This document shows, in pieces, positions 41,356 to 54,100 of a DNA stretch of 64,000 nucleotides. Made by a program: the position numbers and the translations under genes. The notes beneath the pieces are model-generated. The model was not told where the DNA came from. It did no database searches and saw only the letters and a program-made list of their open reading frames with translations. The DNA is from Euprymna scolopes (Eukaryota). How positions within the stretch are numbered: position 1 is the first letter of the stretch; the number at the start of each line of letters is the position of its first letter. Location: assembly GCA_053919585.1 (NCBI GenBank), contig CM132819.1, one strand, 5' to 3'.

Positions 41356-42292
41356 TATATCTGATAAAATTTGAATATGGCATTGCCGATTCCATTGGCA
41401 GCAACAGTAAATATTAGCCGAATGAAACTTACTTAATGTTCTTTTAAGGTCTCATCATTGAACATATATAACTTATTGATATTTTCAACAGACTGAAAAA
41501 ATGTATTTTTGCAGATTTATTTTATCAATTTAAGGTAAATACTAATAATTTTCTGAATTATAAACAAAAATTAAAATTTTATAAAGTATTAGATTGGAGG
41601 TTATTCTCATATTTCCCTTGAAAATCTTTTAAAATAAAAAAGGGAAATTTGTCCAATACGTTATTTAAAATTTTGCCCTTATCATCGTGTTCAAAAATTC
41701 ATAATAGTTAATTAGTTTAAGAGAGAATCTTGTACAGCCAAAATCATGTAAAACATACATAATATTATGTAAACAAAATTAAAAGCAATTGTTTTATGTT
41801 AAAGGTTAAACAGAACAAATTACCTGAAATTAGTGGTAAGTTAATTAGTATTTATATACAACTTTACATCAAGCCAAAAGCGAATTCATCAATTTAAGGT
41901 CCAAACATTAACAAAAGAAAATGCAAGAAAAAACGGATATTTTTGCACAATAACACACAAACTGGAAGCTCAAATTATATTTATTTATTTTTTTAATTTA
42001 CAAAACTTGAAAGTAAATTACTTTTTTAAATTTTCCAAAGAGAAAAAAGCATTATCGGAATCAATAAAACAACAATGGCCGTAGATAAAAGGAAAATTAT
42101 TTAGTTGAAAATCAGCAAAAAAAAAAAAATGGTAAAAAAATAATAGCAGTATTAACCACCAGTTGTGCTGAATAGAAAAGAACAAGAGAAATCTACATTG
42201 AAAAAAACATAATAGTGAGTTCTACAAAATAATGCATGAAGAATAACAAAAGAATTCATTAATTATAATTGATGTAGTAATTGTGTGTTTAC

Positions 42293-42304
42293 TCTCGGGT
42301 TTTG
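42293..42304 (-). CDS. Eph: Candidate 12-nt microexon, phase 1-1 (xKPE)
   Basis: Branch point CCTAAC at 42349-42354 with no AG before gtcttcag|CAAAACCCGAGA|gtaaac. Confidence 0.55.
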
Positions 42305-42976
42305 CTGAAGACATAAGACACGAAATACAAATACACATTTTATTTTTTGTTAGGTTATAAACTTTACCATGAAAAATGGATACAATTTTGGTAAGAAAAC
42401 TGATATTTCACATCAAAAAAATTTATTTTTGTAATATATATTTTTTTTAATTTCACTGTAGCTGAATTCAGAAAATATGTCTTTTTTGCAAATGGTTATT
42501 TCAAAATTTTCGTTTCACAAACCTTTTATTGTTTCTACACTTTTTGCAACAGATATTTCTTGGAATTTTTATCCAATGAATTGTTGTATAAAATACTGCT
42601 ACAATGATATTGATATTCTCAGTTATTTATGAATTAGCATGCGATATATATATATATAACTAATGCATTAAAAATGGTGCTGATCCACATATGTATATAC
42701 ACGTTTATTCAAGCGATTTATTCTGATAAAATGTATTTTGTAATGTCATCATTTTATTAGATAATACCAGAATTTATGTCCTAATTTTAATTCTCTGGGA
42801 TTTAATAGTGAGAATGATTACGAATTATATATTAGTAATATTTTCTTAGTCTTGTTTAATATATATATATATATATATATATTAGTCTTGTTCCCAAATT
42901 TATGCATGGATAGCATTGTATCTGACGAAACGTTATTTGATAATGATTGGCTAAATTTTTCTTCTTCCAATATTTA

Positions 42977-43059
<83 letters not shown>

Positions 43060-44418
43060 GAGAGAGAGGAGACAGATTAAAATTTATTAGGTGTAGATTG
43101 CTTAAAAACTTTAAAAGAAACATTCAAGGCAAGTTGGAGTTAGAAAATTATTATCCTGCAGCAACTCGAAATATTCTCTCTGCTTAAGTCCAAATGAAAG
43201 AACATCGAAAAAAAAAAAAAAGAAAAAAAATGGTTAACAAATTTCAAAAATTAAAATTTTGCTCTTGATTAAAAATGATCTGAATATCGTGCTGAGTCTG
43301 TAAAAGAGTTCCTAGTGGAATCAGTTAAAAAACACTTTGTAGAATCCCACAAAGATTTACCAATGACTAGTGTTTCTCGTTATCCTCAACAACAATCAAA
43401 AGTTCCTTAGCTTGTTAAAAAAGAAAGGAAGTGTAAATTGTGAGATGAGATATGATCTATAAATATTATTTAGCTTCATTATACTGTCACATTTATTTTA
43501 GAGAATTTACATTTGAATAGAACTTATGGGCTGGCCTTAGAGATTAGCATGTATATGTCTTTATAAACCGTATCCATAAATGAAGTGTTTGTGCTGTAAA
43601 GTAGATTTTGGTTTATTATACTATATTAATAAATTATTATTTATTTGTAAGTTTTTAGTGTCTATCTATTATTATATGTTTTTAAGTATAAAGTTAGAAA
43701 TACTTGAAAATGTAATCGAGAGACTAGTCATGAGTTCTGGAACTAATTAACAAAGTTAGGTTGCGCTGTATTTTCTTATCCATTAATCTAAGGTGAAATA
43801 ATTATTTATAAAAAATATCAAACCAATGTCAGTACAAATATTGTATCATGTTTTTAATCACATGAGTTAATTAGTAACAAAACATAAATATATATGCATT
43901 TTTAAATAACATGAACACAGTTTTAAATCAAAACCTTTCACTGGTTTACATAAATAATTGTTTTAAGACGAGCATTCTTTTAATTGTGTGATGAATTCAA
44001 ATGTCAAAAACATTTGCTCTATCACGTCTACTTTTTATTTCACATTTTCTAGTTTCACTAACATGCTTCTTTCTTTCTTTTTTTTTTAAATAACCCAGCT
44101 AACAGATAAAGCATGCCAGTCATGGAATGATGAATAAACATTTATTTTTTGTAATTCAACCATATTTCACACAAATAATCTCCAATCTTTGCATAATTTG
44201 TCCACTAAGTTATCATCATTAATGTCCAACAGTTTTTATTTTATATATTATTTAATTGGAATTCATTATTAAGATGAGTATTATTTATTAATTTGTTTAT
44301 TGCGGACTATTATCCATGAAAGCCAGAGGAATAGCTGGCCGAAACCTCGTGAAACAACTAAGAAAGATGAGGATAATAGTCCGCAATAAATAAATAAAGT
44401 CTTTATTTTATTAAACTA

Positions 44419-44908
44419 CTAGCAAGCCGTCCGGCGTTGCCCGGTCGTAAAATACGCATAAATATTATATTTTAATTTACAGAAACTGAGACAAGGGCAT
44501 GTGAATATGATGTTTTTCTAAACAGTTCACTCATTGTAAGTAAAAAAACTCAAGCTGAGATCGAACCAAAACCTAAAGATAATGAGTGAAGTACGATAAC
44601 CATTAGATTATATAGACACGATTTTAAGTGTTTTCAAACCTACTTATTCTTACCATAAGGAAACTCATGTTTCGCGACCGGACATGTGCAGTCGTAAAAC
44701 AGTTAACAAACTGATAAAAATCTAATGACCCACTCCGAGTAATATTTTTTTAATTTTTAACCCTTAGCTGCATTTATTTTCAGATGAAAACAGATTAAGA
44801 CTTTTTCCACATGTTTGATTATCCTATATACTAAATATCAAGTCTCTAGACCAGAAATCCGTTGAGTATATAGGTTGAGAAATGCTCTCACATTCTCTCT
44901 TTTATAGA
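44419..44908 (-). mobile_element. Non-autonomous Helitron-like element
   Basis: Termini actagcaagccgtccggcgttgcccgg ... ctcttttatagat. Shares the aagtctctagacc-type subterminal unit with 14261-15149. Confidence 0.75.
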
Positions 44909-45077
44909 TAAATAATTCAGACACTCTCCTTCGTTTGAAGTTACGGTTAGTGTAAGGAAAGATTCATTTTTGTTTTAATGGCCCTCTCTAATGCAGAAAT
45001 AGACTTAAATTATTTATTAAGCAATTGCTGGTATTATGGTTTTCTGAGTATAAAGCCCCATTCAGAATGAAACTAAC

Positions 45078-45102
45078 TGAGGAATCTATCACCAAATTGT
45101 CC
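45078..45102 (-). CDS. Eph: Candidate 25-nt microexon, phase 0-1 (GQFGDRFL)
   Basis: ttttatacag|GGACAATTTGGTGATAGATTCCTCA|gttagt, with an upstream TGC. Confidence 0.45.
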
Positions 45103-45162
45103 CTGTATAAAATTGAACAGCATTAAAACAACGATTGTCGAACCTTTTTGACTGAAACCTAC

Positions 45163-45181
45163 TAGACTCTTCAGGCATAGC
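45163..45181 (-). CDS. Eph: Candidate 19-nt microexon, phase 0-1 (AMPEES)
   Basis: ctccag|GCTATGCCTGAAGAGTCTA|gtaggt; the pyrimidine tract is weak. Confidence 0.4.
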
Positions 45182-45437
45182 CTGGAGTTCAATTGTACTA
45201 AACATGGTTGGATTGCAGAAAAAGCTGTCAATTTTATTAACAATTTCATTGATGGCATTTTTAGTAAACCATTACAATACTTTAATGTCATACAATATTT
45301 AGAAAAAAAATTCATATTACATATAAACAAATATAAACAACTAAAAACTACTATAATTCCTATAATACAATATATATACACATGGTACTGCAGACACGTT
45401 CTTTTTGTCAAGACATTTAATTTATAGAATTACTTAC

Positions 45438-45469
45438 ATATACACGTGGAAGTTTGTTTAAAGGAAAAA
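45438..45469 (-). CDS. Eph: Candidate 32-nt exon, phase 1-0 (xFPLNKLPRVY)
   Basis: CTAAC upstream, weak acceptor tttttaag|, consensus donor |gtaagt. Confidence 0.3.
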
Positions 45470-46317
45470 CTTAAAAAGTAATAAGCAAATGGCAGACTAG
45501 TTAGAAAAAGAGCAATTAACACAAAAACATGCTTATTTGTAATCTATATTTCATATAATTCTGAAACCTTTACTATGAAAAAGTTTCATAACTGAAACGA
45601 AATAGCGAATCAATGTGTTAATTTTTCTTGTTCTAGCGTGTTTTCTTTTTTGTTACAAATTACAGCCTGCATGTATAAATTCGATGTTGTTTTAATTAAG
45701 AAACCATATATGAGAAAGTTTCATAATTTAAACAAGATAGCTAATCAATAATATAATCTTAGTTTTTCATGTTCTAACTAGTCTGTTCTTTGCTTATTTT
45801 CTTATTTTGGATGAACTAACATACATACGTACATAATTATGCAGTTAAGTAAGGAATAAGAATGCATGTGGTATCTGAACTCAACACATTCAAATTAACT
45901 TATGTAACACTTATGTATATACTTGTATCAATTTTTTGTGTGAACCAGTGTACTAATATCACGAGCACATAGTCAACATTTCTAGTCAGCTAAAAGACTT
46001 TCTGAAATATATGAAAACATTAACAACATCATATTCAAAAACAACAACGAAAAGAAAGTTAAATTGTCAAAACAAAGCCTGGAATTAAACATGAAAAGAA
46101 TGAAAAAGAATTCGGCGAATTTCGATTTATAAAATATATTTAGATATATTTTATTAAATGCTTTTGACTTACGGTTTTATAGCAGATAAAAGAAATTAAG
46201 ACCAAAAACAACACAAAAAGCAGAGTGATATAAGTTTTGAATACTTATGGAGTGGATTTTAAAATAATTTTTTGCCGTTTTATTTTGAAATTTATCACCA
46301 TTTTCCCCCTTTTATAT

Positions 46318-46358
<41 letters not shown>

Positions 46359-48149
46359 GATAGAATACAAATTTTTGTACATACTTACATACAAATGTTT
46401 AATGTATCCACAGTAATGAAGTATTAAGCAAAGAACTAACTAATATGAAAAAATTAACAATCCTACATTCTTTCAATCAATATTTAATTTTCGTTTTTCG
46501 TGGTATTCTTGATAAAGTTTAATAATTGAAACAAAATAGCAAGTTAAATAAAAGTAGGATTCAGTATTAAATTTCCATGTTAGTTTGTACTTTGCATAAT
46601 TACATTTTTACCTATCTATACTGAGTTTCTGTTCAATAGATATTCCTTTAAAAACTTTTATATATAACCTATATGGGGGGAAATAGTCGTTTTAAAAGTA
46701 TGTTTATAAAGTTGTACATAAAATAATTATAGTTTCCAAACTAAAAGTTCCCTGGCATGTATTTTCATGTTTTATTTATTTTATTGACATTTATTAAGTA
46801 TTCCCATCTCTTCTGCCCGAATTTTAATTCAGAAATAAAAGTGGGGACGTCTAATGGAACTAAACAATATCTATACATCATTAATAATTTGTATCTTAAA
46901 AAGATAAAATTTTCAGTTAAAAGCCCTTAAATACCCTCAGATACTATCGTATTTCAAGATAAAAAAATGTCTTACGAGTTTTAAAATAGATAACTCAACT
47001 ACTGAAGCTATATATTTTGGCTTAAAAATGTGCAGAAGACGGTTTACAAAATTCTGTAATGGAAATTTCGCTTTTAAAAATGAAGACCAAGCATGAGTTT
47101 GATGGACTTTCTACAGCATCATTTTAAAGAATTCAACTTCACAAAACTTCATTGCGTACTCGTTTTCAAGCCTAGAAACAAGTTTATATTACTGAAGATG
47201 TGTAGCCGAACCCTCGTGGTGAGGTTAAGCAACTGACTTCTGGTCTTTTTCGAAACTGTGGCTCGTGATATCTAGTCGGCCGGGAGCTACAGATGACGAT
47301 GAACAGTTGTTTGGTTTCACAACTGATACTACACAGTATTCTTCTAAATAATACCACAAGGTATACCACTTCAAACTCAAGTGAACGTCCCGATTCGTCT
47401 TCAAAAATGCAATTTCCATTTGAGAATTTTGTAAAACCATTTCTGTGTTTATTCCGGAACAGTTGAGATTTAAATGGGATGGGATAATTTCAATTTTTTT
47501 CCTAATTACGATAAAATTAGATTCTATTTTAAATTTTTAATTTTACTTTTTAAATCTCTGAATATTACGCTATGGAGTTTTTCTTTATCTTTGTAATACG
47601 TGCATATATTTTTTGCAAATGTAAAAAATGCACATGATTTTTGGAATAATTTTATTATTTCTAGTTTCAAATCAATAAGTATTTATCATTTTATAATTAC
47701 TATCAACAATCGAAAATTATATTTAATAAAAGAAAACGAAAAATTTAAACGAATCATTTTTGGCATCGGAAAATACACAAAAGGCATCCAATTCTGATTC
47801 CGACACTAAAAAGTCGGATTTTTCTGATTCCCGATTCCAAAAAAATTCCAGACTATGTATGAAAGGATCAGCGAGTGATTATATATATTATTTAGTTCTA
47901 TTAGACTTTTCCATTTGCAATTAAATTTCATGGAATTAAACATAGAACAGAAAGTATGGGCTGGATTGCTATTTTAGAGAGAAAGAAATGCATAGTGAAC
48001 ACAATGCTGAAATAAATCAATTATATAACAATATTTGAAATGTGTGAGTTGTTCTGTCCGTCTGTCAGCAGATGTTGTACTGTGATTGCTGTTGAGAAAA
48101 TAGGTAAAAAGCATGCACTGAAGAAGAAGTGTTCTACATCTGGCAAAAC

Positions 48150-48159
48150 CTAATGGAGT
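48150..48159 (-). CDS. Eph: Candidate 10-nt microexon, phase 0-1 (TPL); donor uncertain
   Basis: GCTAAC at 48253-48258, about 90-nt AG-free pyrimidine-rich zone, gtccag|ACTCCATTAG|gttttg. TGCATG lies about 35 nt downstream. Confidence 0.45.
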
Positions 48160-48359
48160 CTGGACCGAGAAAAAAGAGTGATAGATGACAAAGCATGAAG
48201 GATAGAGAGATAGTGATATATGAAAGATGTCAAAGGATGAGAATAGAAAAATGTTAGCTGGCTAGCCTAAGTTTTGTGTGTGTTTTTTTTTTTAATTTTT
48301 GAAGGGGGTAGATTTTCTGTGGGGCATGGGGGCAGCTGAGTGCACTATAGTAGACTCAC

Positions 48360-48401
48360 GTTTTTCACCCTTCTGGTCAGCCCATATTAAACGTCTTAGG
48401 C
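48360..48401 (-). CDS. Eph: Candidate juxtamembrane cassette exon, 42 nt, phase 1-1 (xLRRLIWADQKGEK)
   Basis: About 30-nt pyrimidine tract, then tgctttttag|, donor |gtgagt. Symmetric and open in phase 1. Confidence 0.7.
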
Positions 48402-49501
48402 CTAAAAAGCAAAATAAAAAAAAGAGAAAAAAAGACATCACTTAGATGGAAGATGACAGCCGAGAGAGAGAGAAACTGAAAACAAAGACATAAAAAATTA
48501 TTTGTTAAAACTATTTTTGAATTTTAAATGAAACCATTTTTTATAAATAATTCTTCTTACTCGAGGACTGGATTATTTATTTTTTATATGGGGATTTTTG
48601 TTTATTTTTAATAGGCAAAAATCTTAATGGAAAAAATAATTTATAAACTATGTACCTGATGTTTTTCGGATAGAGATGTATAAAAATGTTAGTTTTTACA
48701 AATAACTACCTGTATTTACTCGGCGTTGCCTCAAACTCATTTTACTCTAATTATGGCTTTGCTCATTGTTCACTTTTGAATAAAAGAACGTGAAGAAATT
48801 TAAGTCATTAAAAATTAAAAAAAAATATTAAAACAGTTTTCAAGTATCTCAGTTGTTCGAAAATTTTAGAACCCATTTTTCCCATTGTTGGTTCTCTTTA
48901 TTTTCTTGCAAGAAAATATTTACATGTTGGAAAAATTCGATGAATTCCAAGAAACCGAATTTGCAATAAAATTTATTGGAGATCTTACAAAATATTTAAA
49001 TTTAAATCCAATAAATGCTTTCAAGTCTTTTAGTATTTTTATCTTAATTCAATAAATTGAGGCTCAGAACTACAATTATCAAATCAGCAAATATGCACAG
49101 AGAGAGGGCCCTAATTATGTGACAAATGCAGAGAGGAAGAAACTGGTTAAGATTATGTACTTATTCTCTGGAGTGAGAAAAGGGTAAGAAATAAGTGATT
49201 ACTTATTAAAAATTCGTTCACTCGCGTACGAAGTAATCGTGAAATTTTACCTTGCCTCATTTGAGTTGAGTATTTCTCTTTAATAGGATTTCTAAAATGT
49301 TCATTGAAGCAGTATATGTTAATAATTTTTATTTCATTTTATTTTACTAAACAACCAATTAATAATAAAGTGTACATCTGGTAAAAGTGAGAAAAACTAG
49401 ATTACATAATTAATAGAGATTAAAACTACCATAAATTTAAAAGTATATTAGAACTTGACAAATACAGTGCTAAAATATAGCAAGTGTTTTAAATTTTTAG
49501 A

Positions 49502-49708
49502 ATATGAAGTTTTGCAGGAATTTTTATTTTTCAAAAATACCATACATATAAACTTTATTTTATTCACACAAGGTGTTTTAGGTACTTATATTCATTCCGG
49601 TCATGTGTATCCGGATAAAGATTCTGATTTGTCCGAAGCGCATCAATTTATGCAAACAACAACACCTCATAGTTCGCTTCAAATACCCAATTGTTTAAGT
49701 CTAGTTTT
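49502..49708 (+). repeat. 207-bp near-identical duplicate of 38737-38943
   Basis: Direct sequence comparison. Confidence 0.95.
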
Positions 49709-51056
49709 TATGGATTATGTAATTTAACAGAATGATTAAGCCTTAAAAATGGATTATTACCTTGTTAAAAATTTTGCAGAAAAGGATTTAAATTTATGGA
49801 CGTTATGTTTCAGATATTTTTCAGATGAGGATTGATGACTTAGATAATTCGGAATACTATTTCAATCTCGATTATTATATTCAGCATATCGGCTGATGAA
49901 ACCTCCAACCTTTTTCATGTGCATCTTTAGGACATTTTAACCTTCTAATTTAACTTGAAGAATCTTTATGTTGATCCCGAGAAACTATGCAGAATTTGGA
50001 ACTGAGCCTTTTATTGAACAGAGTTAAACACCAGGGTCGATTTTTAATGTGGAGAAAAGGAGGAAAAATTTTAAATTGTCTCAGTCGTGAAGGATATCCC
50101 CTCTACTGCGAGAGAACAAGAAATTCAAGCGCAGCATCAGAAGAACAGATATTACACTTTGATCTTGGCTAGCAGGCCAAGAAATCTCTTATGGTATGTA
50201 ATACCGTGTTAATGTGAAAAATATACAAAGCTGAAAAAAAACCTTGACATTATTGGCATGGCATAATATGTAGAGACACTAAAGAGTTGGGTATGGCTGA
50301 TCATATGAGGGAACCACCCAACTTTGTGGGACGAAGTTAAAATTATAGACAGAATGATTTTGGGGCGTAAAAAAATCCCCTAAATCAGCGCAGGTGCTGG
50401 GCGATAATGACCTCCAAAATAAACCTAGTATAGAATGGATTGCAATGTGGGAAGTAATAGCTCTGAAGAATTAGAACAAGTAAATAAATAATCGTAGAAA
50501 AATAATTCTACACACCGAGACAAAATTGTAACCATGCCAAAATTTATACTAAAATTGTTTGCATGGACGGTATTTAATAGTTAAGAGTATTTGTAACCAA
50601 ATATTTATGATAGCCTTCTGAAGGTTGGAAATTCTTACATCCTTACAAAAGATAATAAAAACTAATAACATAATTTAACATTTATACCCGTTTATAGCAG
50701 ACAGAATGAGGACAATCCGCCTTTGGGAATTAAATAAGGAGTTGAAATATAAATTATATACAATTTCCAAATTTCGGCATAAAGATTCTCCAAATGAGAC
50801 TCAAAATTTCAAAAGTTTGAAAAGCTGCACCTGAAAATGATTAAAGATTTCATCAGTAAAAGCGTTGTAAATATAATAATCGAATTTTTGAATAATAGTC
50901 TGAATAAGCCTCTCAATAAAAGTTGAACTATTTGGATCTGAAAATGATATTTTTGCCTATGAATAAAAAATATTGCGGTAGTCAATTTTTATTTATTTTT
51001 TTTGCAAGTTGGACAGCAACTGACTTTGCTTCGTTCTTGTAGTCGGAGATTGTTAC

Positions 51057-51145
51057 CATTTGATCCCTGCGTGGGGAGGTAATGTCTATGATGCACCCAT
51101 GAGTGGAGGAGAAAACCTTGTGTGGACCACCTGAGAAATGAGCCA
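51057..51145 (-). CDS. Eph: Candidate alternative exon, 89 nt, phase 1-0 (xAHFSGGPHKVFSSTHGCIIDITSPRRDQM), or a terminal exon running to the stop at 50982
   Basis: CACTAAC branch point at 51234-51240, long pyrimidine tract, about 85-nt AG-free zone, aacag| acceptor, gtaaca donor, locally raised GC. Confidence 0.55.
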
Positions 51146-54100
51146 CTGTTATTGTATTCATTCCAACAAGAACCATGGAAGGTAGATTCGAGACAAAGAA
51201 AAAGAGAAAAGAGAAGGAAAAAAGAGAAAAGACGTTAGTGAATGAAATGTGAAACCGTTAGTAAAAAAGCAATTGAAAATAGAAATAATCGGCATTGGCA
51301 AAGCTAACAGACCACAACATCTGAAATCGTTTTGCGATGATATAAAAAATGATTTTTTTTAATGAGAAAAAGAAACTTATTAATGCACCTATTATTCACC
51401 CAGACGGTATTTTTTTTTTTTTTGCCAAAAAAAAAAAAACAGTGAAAAAAAAAATCCTAAAAGAAAAAGTAAAAGTGCACTTTTGCAGCCGGATATGAAC
51501 TTTAAAATATACAGTTTTTCAGAAAAACATTGAAAATATTTTTTTTTGTTAAATAGTCGTTTGATTTACAAATATTATAATTTTTATGATAAGTACTAGC
51601 AAAACAAAAATAAATTTTAGTATATATTCTCCATTTATTTTTTTAGCATTTTTATTCGTGACTTAGAATGAATTTTCTATTTTCTTTTTACTTTAATAGT
51701 AACCGAAATAAATCAGTGTCTACTCTGATATTATATGCATAGATTTTTTTTTAAATGTGCTTATTTTAATTCAGTATTTTGTATGCCTATCTCAAATTTG
51801 CTTTAGAGAGATCAACATTCGTCTTTCTATTTTGACTGTATATCGCCAGCATTCCTTTTTTACTCAGTTAATCTGGAAATATATCTCATTAAATTTGCTT
51901 CCGGTGTACAAGAATAACTATAGTAATAGATCTGAAAGTGAAATTAAAAACTTGCACCCCTTGCCTTAATTTAGGAATTGAAGGTTAAATATCGATAAGC
52001 TCTAAATATTAAAATCAATCGGAAATAAGAACTTAATTTTTAAGATAACAGACCAATATGTGTCCGGCGAAACTGGATTTCGTATGTACATTAGAACAAA
52101 ACTATTGAAATCAAAGAAAACTGACTCGACTATCTATAGCACATAACGAAACGCTTGCCGTTGCTTATTCGCTCCTAGAACTGCAATCCACATCCAATGC
52201 CAGAGACCATGTTTGCAGCCAACTAATATATATATAAAACAGAAATGGGCACTATTTTCTTTCTATTTTCTTTCAATCGATAATATGAAAACATCTGTTA
52301 AATATTTCTAAGAATTTCCTATCACTACTCATTTCATGAGAGCATTGTTTTTGCAAGCATAGAAAAGGTCAAGTACTTTTAGACTTACTAAGAAAATTAA
52401 AATATCGAATCAATATTTTCTTTGTTCTACAGTGTAATAATGTGAACAATGGAAATTTATTTGTTTTATTTTATCTGCAGAAAATAGATATTAATAAGGA
52501 AAATAATTTATAACATTAATATTTTTTAAATACTTGGCAATGTTAATCCAACGTTTCTCTGTGGACCTAGTCGTGTAAAGATGACAAACAGATTTTTAAA
52601 GATTTCAAATATAAAACGCAAGTTTTTTTTCCAAGAACAGAGGAAATAGCCATTATCTGTTTTTATTTAAGAACATTAAGAGTAAATTTGAGATAGTACA
52701 GGCTAATCCCTAAAAATTGTCATCCATGAAATCGTTAAAAATTTCACAATCAAACCTGCAATCAAACCATACTTTGTAGCTATACATTTCATTTTATACT
52801 GGAGTTTTAATCATGCCCAAAAATCTTGGTTTTATTGATATTCAATGATACGCTGGGACACTTTAGTGATCGTTTCATCAGTAGGAAGTGGGATCATGTA
52901 TGCCAAGCAAAGAGCATGTCAAAGTTATTGATGTAATACGAAAGTTCGCTAATTATTCAACAGAAATAAAACCAAGACTGTTGGACATCCATGGTTGAAA
53001 ATTGGTGGACAATTTCGATATATGCTTGCAGAAAGAATAATGTATTTTAGCAACAATTGCATCGATGACATAGTTTGCAGGTTAAGAAGTCCTTGCTATT
53101 GAAACCGGCTTGCTTGTCTGGTGAAGAAAGGGAAACAATTTTAATTTGTCTATTTAAAAGATCTGAAATTAAATATTGGAAAAAGCATAGTTTTTTTTTT
53201 CTTTTTGCATTGCAAACAGAATTGATGAGTTTTGCTGAATGTTTAGGAATTAGGTATCATCCGTTATAGCACATAGTTCATAGCTGAAGATACAGATTAG
53301 AAAATATCTAACTCAAAATAAATATCCTATAAGGAGTGCGAGTACAAATAAGCTCGTTTTAAACAATTGGTTAAAAAGAAAAACAGCATTTTTGTTAATA
53401 GGTTAAAAAGCAATAAATAAAAATCAAATGAAGCAAAAAGGAAATAAAATAGCATTAAATAGGAATTTTGTTAAATTATTAATAATTAGGCATACATAAT
53501 TGTTTTATTGTTACAGCATTTCGAATGTTATCCTTTAAGGCCTCCTTCAGATATCTTGTGTTAACCATCTGAAATGCTCAACTGAAAGCCATGAGATTAG
53601 TACATATTGGCTTACCTCTAGGATTATGGAACATTAAAGTAATATATTTTATTAACCGATGCCCTCCCCTAAATTATACAAAACAAAACAGCGCATCAAT
53701 ATTGCTATAAAGTTAGATATGTATATTTTTTTTATATATTTGTATGGGCCGGATTCATAAACTAGTTAATTGATAATTATGAATTTTCGAACACAGGTAT
53801 TAAGCATAAGAGTCGTAATATATAAAATATTTACGTTACGTTTTATGCACACGAGTTGAAAAAAGGTGAATATAAATACAATATCTCATTTGAAAAGTAT
53901 TTCAGATCATCTTAAGCAAGATTCAATGAATTTTATGTTCACATTTAAAAAAATAAAGACCTTACATTTTAGAGATAATCTAGAATCCAAATAATCTAAT
54001 TCGCTTTGATCAAAATTAGAAATAATGATTCCAGACAAAGCTTAGAATCATTATAACCCGATTTTAATCTTCATAAGGACCGGGGAGAGCATAACAGTGG

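Noticed and set aside
42157-42167. 8-11-nt microexon with a good acceptor
   Set aside because: Donors are weak and no downstream partner restores the frame before exon 40715-40858.
46172-46245. Hydrophobic segment ending at a gtaagt donor (alternative transmembrane exon?)
   Set aside because: The acceptor is poor, and the hydrophobic translation is an artefact of T-rich sequence.
49870-50172. Mariner transposase fragment or small ORF
   Set aside because: Better explained at the DNA level as a reverse copy of the Penelope-like repeat.
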